Part shown: positions 44,894 through 54,089 of the stretch, in pieces
Position numbering within the stretch: position 1 is the stretch's first letter
Layout of the letters: every line of letters begins with the position of its first letter
Origin: Polyangiaceae bacterium
Lineage (GTDB): Bacteria > Myxococcota_A > Polyangia > Polyangiales > Polyangiaceae
Reading direction: 5' to 3'
Assembly (NCBI GenBank): GCA_965222375.1
Contig: CBDCTZ010000008.1
Coordinates: 384,001 to 448,000 of the forward strand
DNA length: 64,000 nt
The notes under the pieces: model-generated
What the model saw: the letters and a program-made list of their open reading frames with translations, nothing else
The model's database searches: none
Told to the model about the DNA's origin: nothing
Program-made: the position numbers and the translations under genes

Positions 44894-47545
44894 CTAGGAG
44901 ACGATCAAGTTCAGGATCCGCCCCGGGACATAGACTGCCTTGCGCAACGCCTTGCCGTCAGTGAACTTTGCCACGTTTGGATCGGCCAGGGCTGCGGCCG
45001 TGACGTCCTGCTCGGACGCGTCCTTGGCTATTTTCAGCTTGCCGCGGACCTTGCCGTTCACCTGAACCGGCATCTCGATCACGTCGTCGACGCACAGAGC
45101 AGGGTCAAACGACGGCCAGGCTGCATCCAGGACGCTGGGGCTGTTGCCAACGCGCTGCCACAGCTCTTCACCCAGGTGCGGCGCAAACGGCGCAAGACAA
45201 AGCACAAGTTTTTCCATAGCAATTTTAGGCACTTGACCCAGGCCATTCAAGTGATTTGCGAGGATCATCATGGCGCTGATCGCCGTGTTGAAGCGCAGCG
45301 CTTCGATATCCTCGGTCAGCTTCTTCACCGTGCGGTGAACCAGCTTGCGGGTCTCCAACTCCCCTTCCCCGTCGGCCAGGGTGCGCTGACTCAGAGCGTC
45401 GGCGCGGTCGAGGAATCGACGCACGCCCTGGATGCCGCTGGTCTGCCAGGGCTTCACCTGCTCCAGGGGGCCCATGAACATCTCGTAGACCCGCAGGCTG
45501 TCCGCTCCGAAGTCCCGAACCACATCGTCGGGATTGACCACGTTGCCCCGACTCTTGCTCATCTTCTCCGCGACCGGGACCAATCGAACCCGGTGCTCTG
45601 GATGAACTGGGCGACCGTCCTTCGTGGCGATCTGCGCCTCCGTGAGGAAGCGCTCCTGCACACGCTCCCCGCTCGGCAGCACGTGGCCTCCTTCAGGGTG
45701 CTCCTCCAATCCGTCCGTGTCGCCGTCGAGGGCCCGCAGGACCCCGCCCTTGGCATCGACCACCGCATACCAGCGAAACGCCATGCCCAGAATCAGCCCC
45801 TGGTGGACGAGTTTGGTGAAGGGCTCCGCGTGCTTCACGACTCCAGCGTCGAACAGCACCTTGTGCCAGAAGCGCGCGTACAGCAGATGCAGGACGGCGT
45901 GCTCGCTCCCGCCCATATATAAGTCGATTGGCATCCACGCGTCGTAGGCCGCCTCGGAGAAGATTTCCTTGTCATTTCGAGGATCTAGGTACCTGAGGTA
46001 ATACCAACAACTGCCCGCCCACTGAGGCATGGTGTTGGTCTCCCGCGCGAACCAAGCGCCATCCTTCTGGAAGAAACGCCAGCTCAGCGCACGCGCGAGG
46101 GGCCCATGCGGATCGTCGCCCGGCTTGTAGTCATCGAGCTCGGGAAGCAGCAGCGGCAGTTCGTTTTCGTCCACCGGCATAGGCCTGGAGTAGTCGATGA
46201 CGTAGTCGTCTCCGGTGGTTGGATCGCCTTGGGTCGAAACCGGGAAGTAGATCGGAATGGGTTCGCCCCAGTAGCGCTGGCGCGAGAACACCCAGTCACG
46301 GAGCTTGTAGTTGACCTTGCGCTGACCGACCTTCTCCTTCTCCAAGAAGTCGATGATGTTCTTCTTCATGGTCGCCGTCGGCTGACCGTCGAACTGCCCG
46401 GAGTTCACCGCGATCCCCTCCCCCACGAAGGCGGCTTCTAGAGGGGGACCCGCTTTGCCGTTGGGGCTGACCACCTCGACGATGTCGAGCTCGAAACGCT
46501 TCGCGAACTCGAAATCGCGCTCGTCGTGTGCGGGTACCGCCATGATCGCGCCCGTCCCATACGCCCCCAAAACATAGTCGGCGGTGTACACGGGGATGCG
46601 TGCTCGATTCAGAGGATTGATCGCATAAACTCCCGTAAATACACCGGTTTTTTCCTTGTTCAACGCCGTGCGTTCCATGTCGCTCTTGCGCGCGGCCGCT
46701 TCCGAATAGCGCCGGACCTCGTCGCGTTTGTCGTCGGATGCGATCGCGACGGTGAGCGGATGATCCGGCGCGATGACCATGTACGTTGCGCCGAACAGCG
46801 TGTCGGGGCGGGTCGTGTAAACGGTGAGGTGATCCTCTCGGTCGGCCAACGGGAAGTCGACCTCCGCACCCTCGCTTCGACCAATCCAGTCCCGCTGCTT
46901 CTGCTTCGTCTCGGGCCAGTCGACGTCGTCGAGCTCACTCGCCAAGCGGTCGGCGTACGCCGTGATCCGCAGCTGCCACTGGCGCAGCGGCTGGCGAACA
47001 ACCGGGTGATCGCCGCGCTCGCTCTTGCCGTCAATGACCTCTTCATTAGCCAATACGGTACCCAGCGCCGGGCACCAGTTGACTGGGATTTCCGCCTGAA
47101 ATGCCAAGCCCTTATGGAAGAGCTTCAGGAAGATCCACTGGGTCCACTTCACGTAGCCAGGGTCAGTGGTGTCCACCTCGCGTGACCAATCGTAGAAGAA
47201 TCCCAGTGCCTTCAGTTGCCGCCGAAAGACGTTGATGTTCTCAGCGGTCGTGACCTTCGGGTGAGTCCCAGTGTTGATCGCGTGCTGCTCCGCCGGCAGC
47301 CCAAAGGCGTCCCAGCCCATTGGGTGAAGCACGTCGAAACCGTTCATACGCTTGAAGCGCGCCACAATGTCCGTCGCCGTGTATCCCTCAGGATGCCCCA
47401 CATGCAGCCCCGATCCCGAGGGATAGGGAAACATGTCGAGAGCGTAGAACTTGGGGCGCCCTGGCCGCCGCGTCGCTGCAAAGGTGTCGTTGTCGTCCCA
47501 ATACTTCTGCCAACGCGTCTCGACAGCCCGATGGTCATAAGCCAT
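44894..47545 (-). CDS. leuS: Leucine--tRNA ligase
   Basis: MFPYPSG.GLHVGH, GWDAFGLPAE, YTTRPDT, GTGAIMAVPAHD editing domain, KMSKS, VQVNGK. Confidence 0.98.
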   Translation of the reverse strand: MAYDHRAVETRWQKYWDDNDTFAATRRPGRPKFYALDMFPYPSGSGLHVGHPEGYTATDIVARFKRMNGFDVLHPMGWDAFGLPAEQHAINTGTHPKVTTAENINVFRRQLKALGFFYDWSREVDTTDPGYVKWTQWIFLKLFHKGLAFQAEIPVNWCPALGTVLANEEVIDGKSERGDHPVVRQPLRQWQLRITAYADRLASELDDVDWPETKQKQRDWIGRSEGAEVDFPLADREDHLTVYTTRPDTLFGATYMVIAPDHPLTVAIASDDKRDEVRRYSEAAARKSDMERTALNKEKTGVFTGVYAINPLNRARIPVYTADYVLGAYGTGAIMAVPAHDERDFEFAKRFELDIVEVVSPNGKAGPPLEAAFVGEGIAVNSGQFDGQPTATMKKNIIDFLEKEKVGQRKVNYKLRDWVFSRQRYWGEPIPIYFPVSTQGDPTTGDDYVIDYSRPMPVDENELPLLLPELDDYKPGDDPHGPLARALSWRFFQKDGAWFARETNTMPQWAGSCWYYLRYLDPRNDKEIFSEAAYDAWMPIDLYMGGSEHAVLHLLYARFWHKVLFDAGVVKHAEPFTKLVHQGLILGMAFRWYAVVDAKGGVLRALDGDTDGLEEHPEGGHVLPSGERVQERFLTEAQIATKDGRPVHPEHRVRLVPVAEKMSKSRGNVVNPDDVVRDFGADSLRVYEMFMGPLEQVKPWQTSGIQGVRRFLDRADALSQRTLADGEGELETRKLVHRTVKKLTEDIEALRFNTAISAMMILANHLNGLGQVPKIAMEKLVLCLAPFAPHLGEELWQRVGNSPSVLDAAWPSFDPALCVDDVIEMPVQVNGKVRGKLKIAKDASEQDVTAAALADPNVAKFTDGKALRKAVYVPGRILNLIVS

Positions 47546-47649
47546 GGCGCCGGTCTACAACAGCCCCACCGCGGCGCGAAGTCCAGGCGCTCGCGGGACC
47601 GTCCGGCGGGCGTGAGCGCGAGGGCGGGCGCGAGCGAAGGAGGCATTTC

Positions 47650-48070
47650 GCTCACGACGCGTCCAGCCCTTCAGCAGCCACCTCCAACAACCTGCGCGAC
47701 CAGGACCGGGCCCCGGAGCGGGGGCACGGCGAGGGAACCCTCCCCCGCGAGCTGTTGCTCCGCAGGAGGCACGCAGAATACGGACCACGAGCGCGCACCA
47801 ACGACTTCGGCGCTGTTGGGCCGCGCAGGCCCACACAAAAACATCCCACGCGACCCATCGAGCTCACGACGCGTCAGCCCTTCAACAGCCACCTCCAACA
47901 ACCTGCGCGCCCGGGGCCGGCGCCCCGGAGCGAGAGGGCACAGCGGGAGAATCCCCCCGCGAGCTGTGCCCAGCGGTGCTCCGCGCGAGGCACGCAGAAT
48001 ACAGATCGCAAGCGCGTACCAACGACATCGGCGCTCCGAGCCCACGCGGGCTCACGCACCAAGCATCCCA
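47650..48070. repeat. Two diverged tandem copies of an ~210-bp structured element
   Basis: Copies start at 47650 and 47862 (GCTCACGACGCGTC...CAGCCACCTCCAACAACCTGCGCG...GAGGCACGCAGAATAC...ACCAACGAC.TCGGCGCT...CATCCCA). Confidence 0.85.
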
Positions 48071-48200
48071 GGTGCACCAGCTTGTTCGCTGACCAAGCCT
48101 GCCCACGCGGCTCCAAATCCAACGAGCCCCCACTGCGCTCGGCAGTAGGGGCCCCAAGGAACCGGCTCGCATGGCCAACTGAATCCCATCCAAGCAAGCG

Positions 48201-48998
48201 TCAGTTCCGAACCAGCACCGAGCCGTAGCTCTGCCTGATGTTCCCCTGGAACTTGGTCGATTTGGCGTACACCGTGGATCCGCCGGACATGTCCAGCGCG
48301 TGTTTCTTGCCACGGATCGTGGAGTCGAAGATCCTCACCGTGCCGCCACCGCGCACCCGGAGACCCGTGTTTCCAGCGTTCAGCACGCTGTCGCGGATGA
48401 CGAGCGTGCAGCCGCCTCGGACGTCCACAGCAGTGCGTGAGGTATCGATGCTAACTCGGCTCAGTGTTCGGACCTGGCCGTTGGCGCAGGTCAGCGGGCT
48501 CCGGGGCTTGAGCTTGCCAGTTGGCGGTTTGGCGGGCTTTGCAGGCTTGGAGGGCTTTGCGGGCTTCATGGGCTTGGCGCCTGGTTTTCCACCTTGATAG
48601 TGATTGCCGCCCTCGTCGCTCAGATCTCCGTTGCCATGCTTGCGGATGCGACCTTCGACACGGGTGTTTTTCAGATGCACATCCGTGCTGCCGTGCACAT
48701 GAAGAGCGATCCCACGACTGCGTACGACCGAGTTGACGATTCGAACGTTGGAACTTCCGTGGGCGTCGACCGCTTTTAGGCTACCTTCGATGTGGCTATT
48801 GCGGATGACGATGTCGCAGCTGCCATGCGCGTGTACGGCAACCTTCGACACAATCTTCACGTTGTTCAAGACCACGTCCTGATTGCCCCGACATTTCACG
48901 GGGCCTCGCGTTTTCATTTTGCCGGCGGCTTCAGCACCAGCGCTGGCAGTGAGGCCGCCCAAAACGAGGGAAGCAAGAATGATGGTGAACTTGGGCAT
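48201..48998 (-). CDS. Secreted basic beta-helix-like protein with two duplicated domains joined by a PAK linker
   Basis: Signal peptide; repeats such as AVHAHGSCDIVIRNSHIEG / AVDVRGGCTLVIRDSVLNA. Confidence 0.7.
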   Translation of the reverse strand: MPKFTIILASLVLGGLTASAGAEAAGKMKTRGPVKCRGNQDVVLNNVKIVSKVAVHAHGSCDIVIRNSHIEGSLKAVDAHGSSNVRIVNSVVRSRGIALHVHGSTDVHLKNTRVEGRIRKHGNGDLSDEGGNHYQGGKPGAKPMKPAKPSKPAKPAKPPTGKLKPRSPLTCANGQVRTLSRVSIDTSRTAVDVRGGCTLVIRDSVLNAGNTGLRVRGGGTVRIFDSTIRGKKHALDMSGGSTVYAKSTKFQGNIRQSYGSVLVRN

Positions 48999-49170
48999 CG
49001 GAAATCCTCCTGAACGACAAAGGGTTTCCTGCGCCTTCGCACGAGCTGTGCCGCGCATAACTATCTGATATTATGAGACTAAATACTCCAACCTGGCGGG
49101 CGAACCCCGACCAGATGGCAGGTTCCAACCTGCCACGGCCAGGGCGGAGGTAGGCTCGGCAAACGTGGCG

Positions 49171-50451
49171 TCACGCGGAGTTCGTCTCGCTGGCGCGCTT
49201 TCGTTTGCGGGCGCTCTTGCGGGGTGCGTTCGCACGTTCCAGTTTGCGCTGAAGGCGGGCGCGGCGCTTGAGTTCCGCTTCGTTCCCTTCCCCGGTTCCA
49301 GCATCCAACATGCTCAGGGCCGCGGCCGGTGACTTGGCGTGGTGCTCGTACAGCTTGGCCAGCTCGAGCCGTAGGCTGGGATCATCGACTTCGGAGAGCA
49401 GAGATTCAAAGTCCGCCAGCGCGCTCGTGCGATCTCCCCGGGCCTTGGCGATCTTGCCCCGCATCCGCACTCCCGCCGCACCCACGCCCCGGCGTACGGC
49501 AAGCTCCGCCACCTGGCCGGCACGCTCGACGGCCTTCGCGCGGCGCAGGGTCTCGGCCATGTCCACTAGATCTTCAGGGCACAAGCGTTCGGTCGCCTCC
49601 CCGTACAAACCGACCAGCGCAACCATGCTGATCACGTCCCATGCGTTGTGCTCTACGACCTGAAAGAGAGCTTCTTCGTCACCGCTGCGCAAGAAGTGTG
49701 CGTAGCGCGCCGCAACGTCGCCACCGTCGATATCGCCGTCCCGCTCGAAGCCCAACACCTGACTTTCTAGCTGTTTCAACTTGCAGCCACCTAGGCGGCG
49801 CTTGTGCAGCCGCCGACCCACATGAAGCAAATCTAGATGAGGCCGCGACGGCAACTTGGGTCGTCGGTTCATGACCGCGCGGGTCCCGAGCAGGGGCAGG
49901 TCGAAGGCCTTGCCGTTGTAGCTGACCACGAACTGCGAGCGCTCCAGCCGCTCCTCCAACAGCGCCAGCATGCCGGCTTCCTCCCCGGGTTTGCGAATCA
50001 GCAGTTGCTCCAGCATCAACTGTCCCTCGTCGTACCAGGCAAGGCCAACTAGGAACGCGAGCACCCCTGCCCCGGTGCCGAGCCCGGTCGTCTCCGTGTC
50101 CAGGTACAGCGCCCGCGTCGGGTCCAGATCCGACAGACTGGGATCGAGAGCCAGCAGTGCGAGAGTTTCGCTGTCAGCCCGCTCCGCGGGAGCGATCGGC
50201 ATGCACCCGACTCGGTAGGATCGCGGCACGCTGTCGAGGCGTTGATGCAGCACACCTTCCTCGCGATCCCACTGTCGAAACGGCAGGGTCGTGCGACTCG
50301 GATTCGCCGGCGGCCTCGGCGCCTCGACGGGACGCTCCATAATCTCGGCCATGCGCTCGCGCAGCGCATTGAGGGTTGCGTCCCGCTCACCCTCGGTCTC
50401 GGCGCGCATCGGCGGCGGCGACATCCGAGAAAGACGACCCTTTAGATCCAC
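49171..50451 (-). CDS. mrfB: YprB/MrfB-family DEDD exonuclease (RNase_H_2) with C-terminal TPR
   Basis: YLDTETTGL, VSYNGKAFDLP, HLDLLH, L..LE..VLG..R.GDI.G, HNAWDV, ELAKLYEH. Confidence 0.85.
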   Translation of the reverse strand: MDLKGRLSRMSPPPMRAETEGERDATLNALRERMAEIMERPVEAPRPPANPSRTTLPFRQWDREEGVLHQRLDSVPRSYRVGCMPIAPAERADSETLALLALDPSLSDLDPTRALYLDTETTGLGTGAGVLAFLVGLAWYDEGQLMLEQLLIRKPGEEAGMLALLEERLERSQFVVSYNGKAFDLPLLGTRAVMNRRPKLPSRPHLDLLHVGRRLHKRRLGGCKLKQLESQVLGFERDGDIDGGDVAARYAHFLRSGDEEALFQVVEHNAWDVISMVALVGLYGEATERLCPEDLVDMAETLRRAKAVERAGQVAELAVRRGVGAAGVRMRGKIAKARGDRTSALADFESLLSEVDDPSLRLELAKLYEHHAKSPAAALSMLDAGTGEGNEAELKRRARLQRKLERANAPRKSARKRKRASETNSA

Positions 50452-50466
50452 GGAACAGTTGTACAG
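50451..50466 (-). promoter_or_regulatory. Putative LexA (SOS) box at the mrfB start
   Basis: CTGTACAACTGTTCCG resembles the Myxococcus LexA motif CTRHAMRYBYGTTCAG with 2 mismatches. Confidence 0.55.
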
Positions 50467-50555
50467 GTGCCCCGCTCCGCCCGCAAGCGAGCGCCCTGCA
50501 GCTGCCCCGCTGACCCGAAGCTGGCGCCGCGCTCTCCTGCTAGCCTGCCCCGGAA

Positions 50556-51188
50556 GTGACACACGTTTTTGGGCTCACGGGGGGTATCGGCAGCGGCAAG
50601 AGCACTGTCGCGGCCCACTTCCGCGAGCGCGGGCTCAGCGTCATCGACGCCGACGATCTCGCGCGAGAGGTCGTCGCCAAAGGCACGCCCGGATTGGCAG
50701 AAATCGTCGCCGCATTTGGCGACGACATGCTCGACGAGCAAGGACAGCTCGACCGCGCGCGGTTGGCAGAAGTCGTCTTCGGCGACGACGCCAAACGCGC
50801 CCAGCTGAATCAGATCACGCATCCGCGAGTGCGGCAGCTGTCGGTCGAGCGATTCCAACAATGCGACGAGCGCGGCGAAGCCGTCTGCTGTTACGAAGTG
50901 CCACTCCTCGTCGAAACGGGACTTGCCGAAGCATTGCGGCCACTGGTGGTCGTGACGGTCCCCGTGGAAGTGCAGATCGCTCGCAGCTGCGCCCGGGACG
51001 GCATGACTGAAGCACAAGCCCACGCGCGGGTCGCAGCTCAAATGCCGCTGGCGGAAAAGGCCGCGCTGGCCGATTACGTGATCGACAACTCTGGCACCCG
51101 CGAGCAAACGCGCACGCGCGCCAACGAGGTGTTAGACGCCATCCTGACGTCCCTGCACATCCCAAAGGAGCTCTACGCGCTGCGCTGA
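50556..51188 (+). CDS. coaE: Dephospho-CoA kinase
   Basis: GLTGGIGSGKS, IDAD, LDRARLA..VF, ITHP, EVPLL.E, ADYVIDN. Confidence 0.96.
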   Translation: MTHVFGLTGGIGSGKSTVAAHFRERGLSVIDADDLAREVVAKGTPGLAEIVAAFGDDMLDEQGQLDRARLAEVVFGDDAKRAQLNQITHPRVRQLSVERFQQCDERGEAVCCYEVPLLVETGLAEALRPLVVVTVPVEVQIARSCARDGMTEAQAHARVAAQMPLAEKAALADYVIDNSGTREQTRTRANEVLDAILTSLHIPKELYALR

Positions 51189-52024
51189 CGCGCGGCGCGT
51201 AGGGTGTTTTCGAGCAACATCGCAATGGTCATGGGGCCCACACCGCCAGGTACCGGGGTGATCGCCCGAGCGACATCCTTCACGGCGTGAAAGTCCACAT
51301 CGCCGCAGAGCTTGCCGTTTTCGTCACGGTTCATGCCGACATCGAGCACGACGGCGCCGGGCTTGACCCACTCGGCCGTCACCATCTTGGCTCGGCCAAC
51401 GGCCGCAATCAGCACGTCCGCCTCCCGAGCGCGGGCCGCCAAGTCCTCGGTGCGCGAATGGGCGAGCGTCACCGTGGCGTGCTCGGCAAGCAGCAGGGCC
51501 GCAACAGGTTTGCCAACGATGTTGCTGCGCCCAATCACCAGGGCGCGGGCGCCCTTGAGTTTCGCGTCCGCCTCGACGAGCAATCGCATGCAGCCCCGAG
51601 GCGTGCACGGCACGAGGCCCGGGCGACCGGTCCAGAGTGCTCCGACGTTGACGGGGTGAAAGCCATCCACGTCCTTGGTTGGATCGATAGCGTCCAGGAT
51701 GGCGCCTGATGGCATCCCGCCCGGCAAGGGCAGCTGCACTAGGATCCCATCCACGGCATCCGTCTGGTTCAGCTCCAGGACAAGGCCGAGCACCTGAGCC
51801 TCCGTCACGGCGGCGGGCAGGCGGTGCACTTGCCCGGCGATGCCAACCTCGGCGGCGGCCTTCTCCTTGTTACGTACGTAGACCTGGGACGCGCCGTCTT
51901 CCCCGGCCAACACGACATGCAGGCCCGGCACGCGCCCGCTCTGCTGTTTGAACTCGCCAACGCCCTGTCGAACCTCTTCGCGAACCCGAGCCGCAATGGC
52001 CTTGCCATCGAGAATAGTTGCCAC
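51173..52024 (-). CDS. folD: Bifunctional methylenetetrahydrofolate dehydrogenase/cyclohydrolase
   Basis: LDGKA, YVRNK, GILVQLPLP, KDVDGFHP, PCTP, GRSNIVGKP, TPVPGGVGPMT. Confidence 0.97.
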   Translation of the reverse strand: MATILDGKAIAARVREEVRQGVGEFKQQSGRVPGLHVVLAGEDGASQVYVRNKEKAAAEVGIAGQVHRLPAAVTEAQVLGLVLELNQTDAVDGILVQLPLPGGMPSGAILDAIDPTKDVDGFHPVNVGALWTGRPGLVPCTPRGCMRLLVEADAKLKGARALVIGRSNIVGKPVAALLLAEHATVTLAHSRTEDLAARAREADVLIAAVGRAKMVTAEWVKPGAVVLDVGMNRDENGKLCGDVDFHAVKDVARAITPVPGGVGPMTIAMLLENTLRAARQRSA

Positions 52025-52131
52025 GGCCCGCGACTATCACTTTCAGGCCCCGGCGAGAAGCCGATGGGCCGCCGCACCCGTGAAGCGTAAGCGGCGGACG
52101 CAACGCGGCGAGATTCCGCCTAGGCGGCAGA

Positions 52132-52932
52132 TCAAGGCGTGAGAGCGACGTCGGCGATGGTCAGGGCGCCGGCTCGCATTGCCAAGTCCACAGAGCCTTG
52201 CACCGTGCCGACGGAGAAGCTCACCTTCTGTTTGCTGGTGAAGGTCTGCGTCTGGGCGTTGACGATGATGGCGTAACCAGCATTGCCGGTTTGACCGGTC
52301 AGGTCACTCCAAGACCCGCTCGCGTCGTAGGCAATGGTCTCACCCTGGTGGGTGACGACGACTCCGCTCAAGGGCGTCAGTGTGCTGGCATCGAGGAAGC
52401 GCACGACGACGTGGGCGTGGCTGTCCGAGCGAGCCTCTGGCAAGGTCAGCAGGCCATAGACTTCGTCGACCACGCTCGCCGCAACCACGATCAAGTTCGC
52501 GCTGACGACCACCTCGGTGTTGATGGGTTGCAACGTAGGCAGAAACGCAGACCCTGTGTCCGGGCTGGCACTCACCCAGACCTCCGGGCCCGCCGCCAGA
52601 TCCTTCAACGTGTAGCTGTTTCCGTCGTACTTGGCAGTCACCGAACCACTGCCCGGAGCGTCGGCTTCCAGAGTCGCCGTCTCGATGAACGCGGCGCCGG
52701 TCACGAAGTCGTCGCTCGTAACACCAATGATGGAGCCCGTCAGGTTGGTCACATCACCAGCGGATCCGCCGCCGGCGCCGGCGGCGTTGCCGCCACCGCC
52801 TCCGATAGGCGTGATCGCGCAGTTCGGATCGTTCGGGGGGCAGTTGCCCAGGGGCGCCGCGCGGTCTTTTTCCTCCTGACAACCAAGCAGGGCCAGGCAA
52901 ATCCCCAGGGTCAAGTTCGGACGTCCGCGCAT
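52132..52932 (-). CDS. Hypothetical beta-rich lipoprotein
   Basis: Lipobox LLGC, Gly linker, beta-strand-rich body. Confidence 0.7.
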   Translation of the reverse strand: MRGRPNLTLGICLALLGCQEEKDRAAPLGNCPPNDPNCAITPIGGGGGNAAGAGGGSAGDVTNLTGSIIGVTSDDFVTGAAFIETATLEADAPGSGSVTAKYDGNSYTLKDLAAGPEVWVSASPDTGSAFLPTLQPINTEVVVSANLIVVAASVVDEVYGLLTLPEARSDSHAHVVVRFLDASTLTPLSGVVVTHQGETIAYDASGSWSDLTGQTGNAGYAIIVNAQTQTFTSKQKVSFSVGTVQGSVDLAMRAGALTIADVALTP

Positions 52933-53122
52933 CGAGTGGATCCTACGCTTGGTGGCGGGCTCGGGCCAGTTCCAGACCGCCACCCCGCGGCGGGGCGTTT
53001 TTTGGGCCCTATTCGAGAGTAGCGGCCCCGGCGGGCCCAGCGCTCACCCCTTCGGGTGTTGCCCCTCCGGGCATCACGAAGCGCGTCACAAGCGCGTCGA
53101 CCCCAAGAAACCAGCTGACGCC

Positions 53123-54061
53123 TTAGGCGACTGCCGCAGCAGCAACACGCGCCACGCGCCAGCGATGGAAACCGATCACGGCGACAACGAGCACCACTCC
53201 GATCAGCTGGGAGGTGCTCAGGCCGAACAAGCCACCGCGGTCGTCGCTGCGCCAGAACTCGAGCAGAAAGCGAACGATGGCGTATAGGGCCACGAAGGCC
53301 AGAAAGACCTGCCCGTCGTAGCGCTTGCGAGAGCCCACCCACAGGATCAGGACGGCTGCGATCGCAAAGGATCCCAGGGATTCGTAGATCTGCGTCGGGT
53401 GCACGGGCAGAGAGGGTTCGAAAGGCGATTCCAACAATCCCGACTTGAATTGGGATTCACTTGCCGGGCTGTGGGAAGGGAAAGACAGCGCCCAACCGAC
53501 CGACGACGGTGTTCCAAAACAACACCCCGCCAACAGACAACCCATCCGACCAAAACCGAGTCCGATGGGAATGACCATGCCGGCCATGTCCGCGGCTTTC
53601 CAAAACGGGAATCGATCCCGCTTCAGAAGAAACCATGCGGCCGCTGAAGCGCCGATGAAGCCGCCATAGTAGGTCAGACCCCCGGCCCAGAACTTCGCCC
53701 ATGCGAAACAGTCGGCTTCGGTCGGGTGGCACACGCCCTTGGCGGCATCCCAGACGCCTTGGTAGCGCTCACTGGTGCACTCGGAAATGGTGATTTTCCA
53801 GTCGACTTTGGACGGGTCCGTGCACAGATGCACGTAGTCCCAGAAGTAGCCATCGGCGATGACGTGAAGCACGCGAGCCCCGACCACGCCGGCCAAGAGC
53901 ATGGCCAGACCGAGGTCGACAACGACGTCCGGATCCTGGCCGACGCGCTTCGCCCAGATCGCCCCTGCTGCCGTGGCGAAGATGAAGCCCGTGAGCAGCA
54001 GCACGAAGTAGCTGGGAAACGGGATCTCGAAGACCGTGAACAGGCGACCTTGCATCGTCAC
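53123..54061 (-). CDS. lgt: Prolipoprotein diacylglyceryl transferase
   Basis: GARVLHV, GGLTYYGGF, GRMGCLLAGCCFG, HPTQIYES, RFLLEFWR, STSQ. Confidence 0.93.
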   Translation of the reverse strand: MTMQGRLFTVFEIPFPSYFVLLLTGFIFATAAGAIWAKRVGQDPDVVVDLGLAMLLAGVVGARVLHVIADGYFWDYVHLCTDPSKVDWKITISECTSERYQGVWDAAKGVCHPTEADCFAWAKFWAGGLTYYGGFIGASAAAWFLLKRDRFPFWKAADMAGMVIPIGLGFGRMGCLLAGCCFGTPSSVGWALSFPSHSPASESQFKSGLLESPFEPSLPVHPTQIYESLGSFAIAAVLILWVGSRKRYDGQVFLAFVALYAIVRFLLEFWRSDDRGGLFGLSTSQLIGVVLVVAVIGFHRWRVARVAAAAVA

Positions 54062-54089
54062 TCATCCGGCGTGGACACGCGCTGCAAGT

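Noticed and set aside
47650..48070. Tandem T-box riboswitch or CRISPR array upstream of leuS
   Set aside because: There is no GGTGGNACC antiterminator bulge or recognisable stem I motif; there are only two long diverged units, no repeat-spacer pattern and no cas genes
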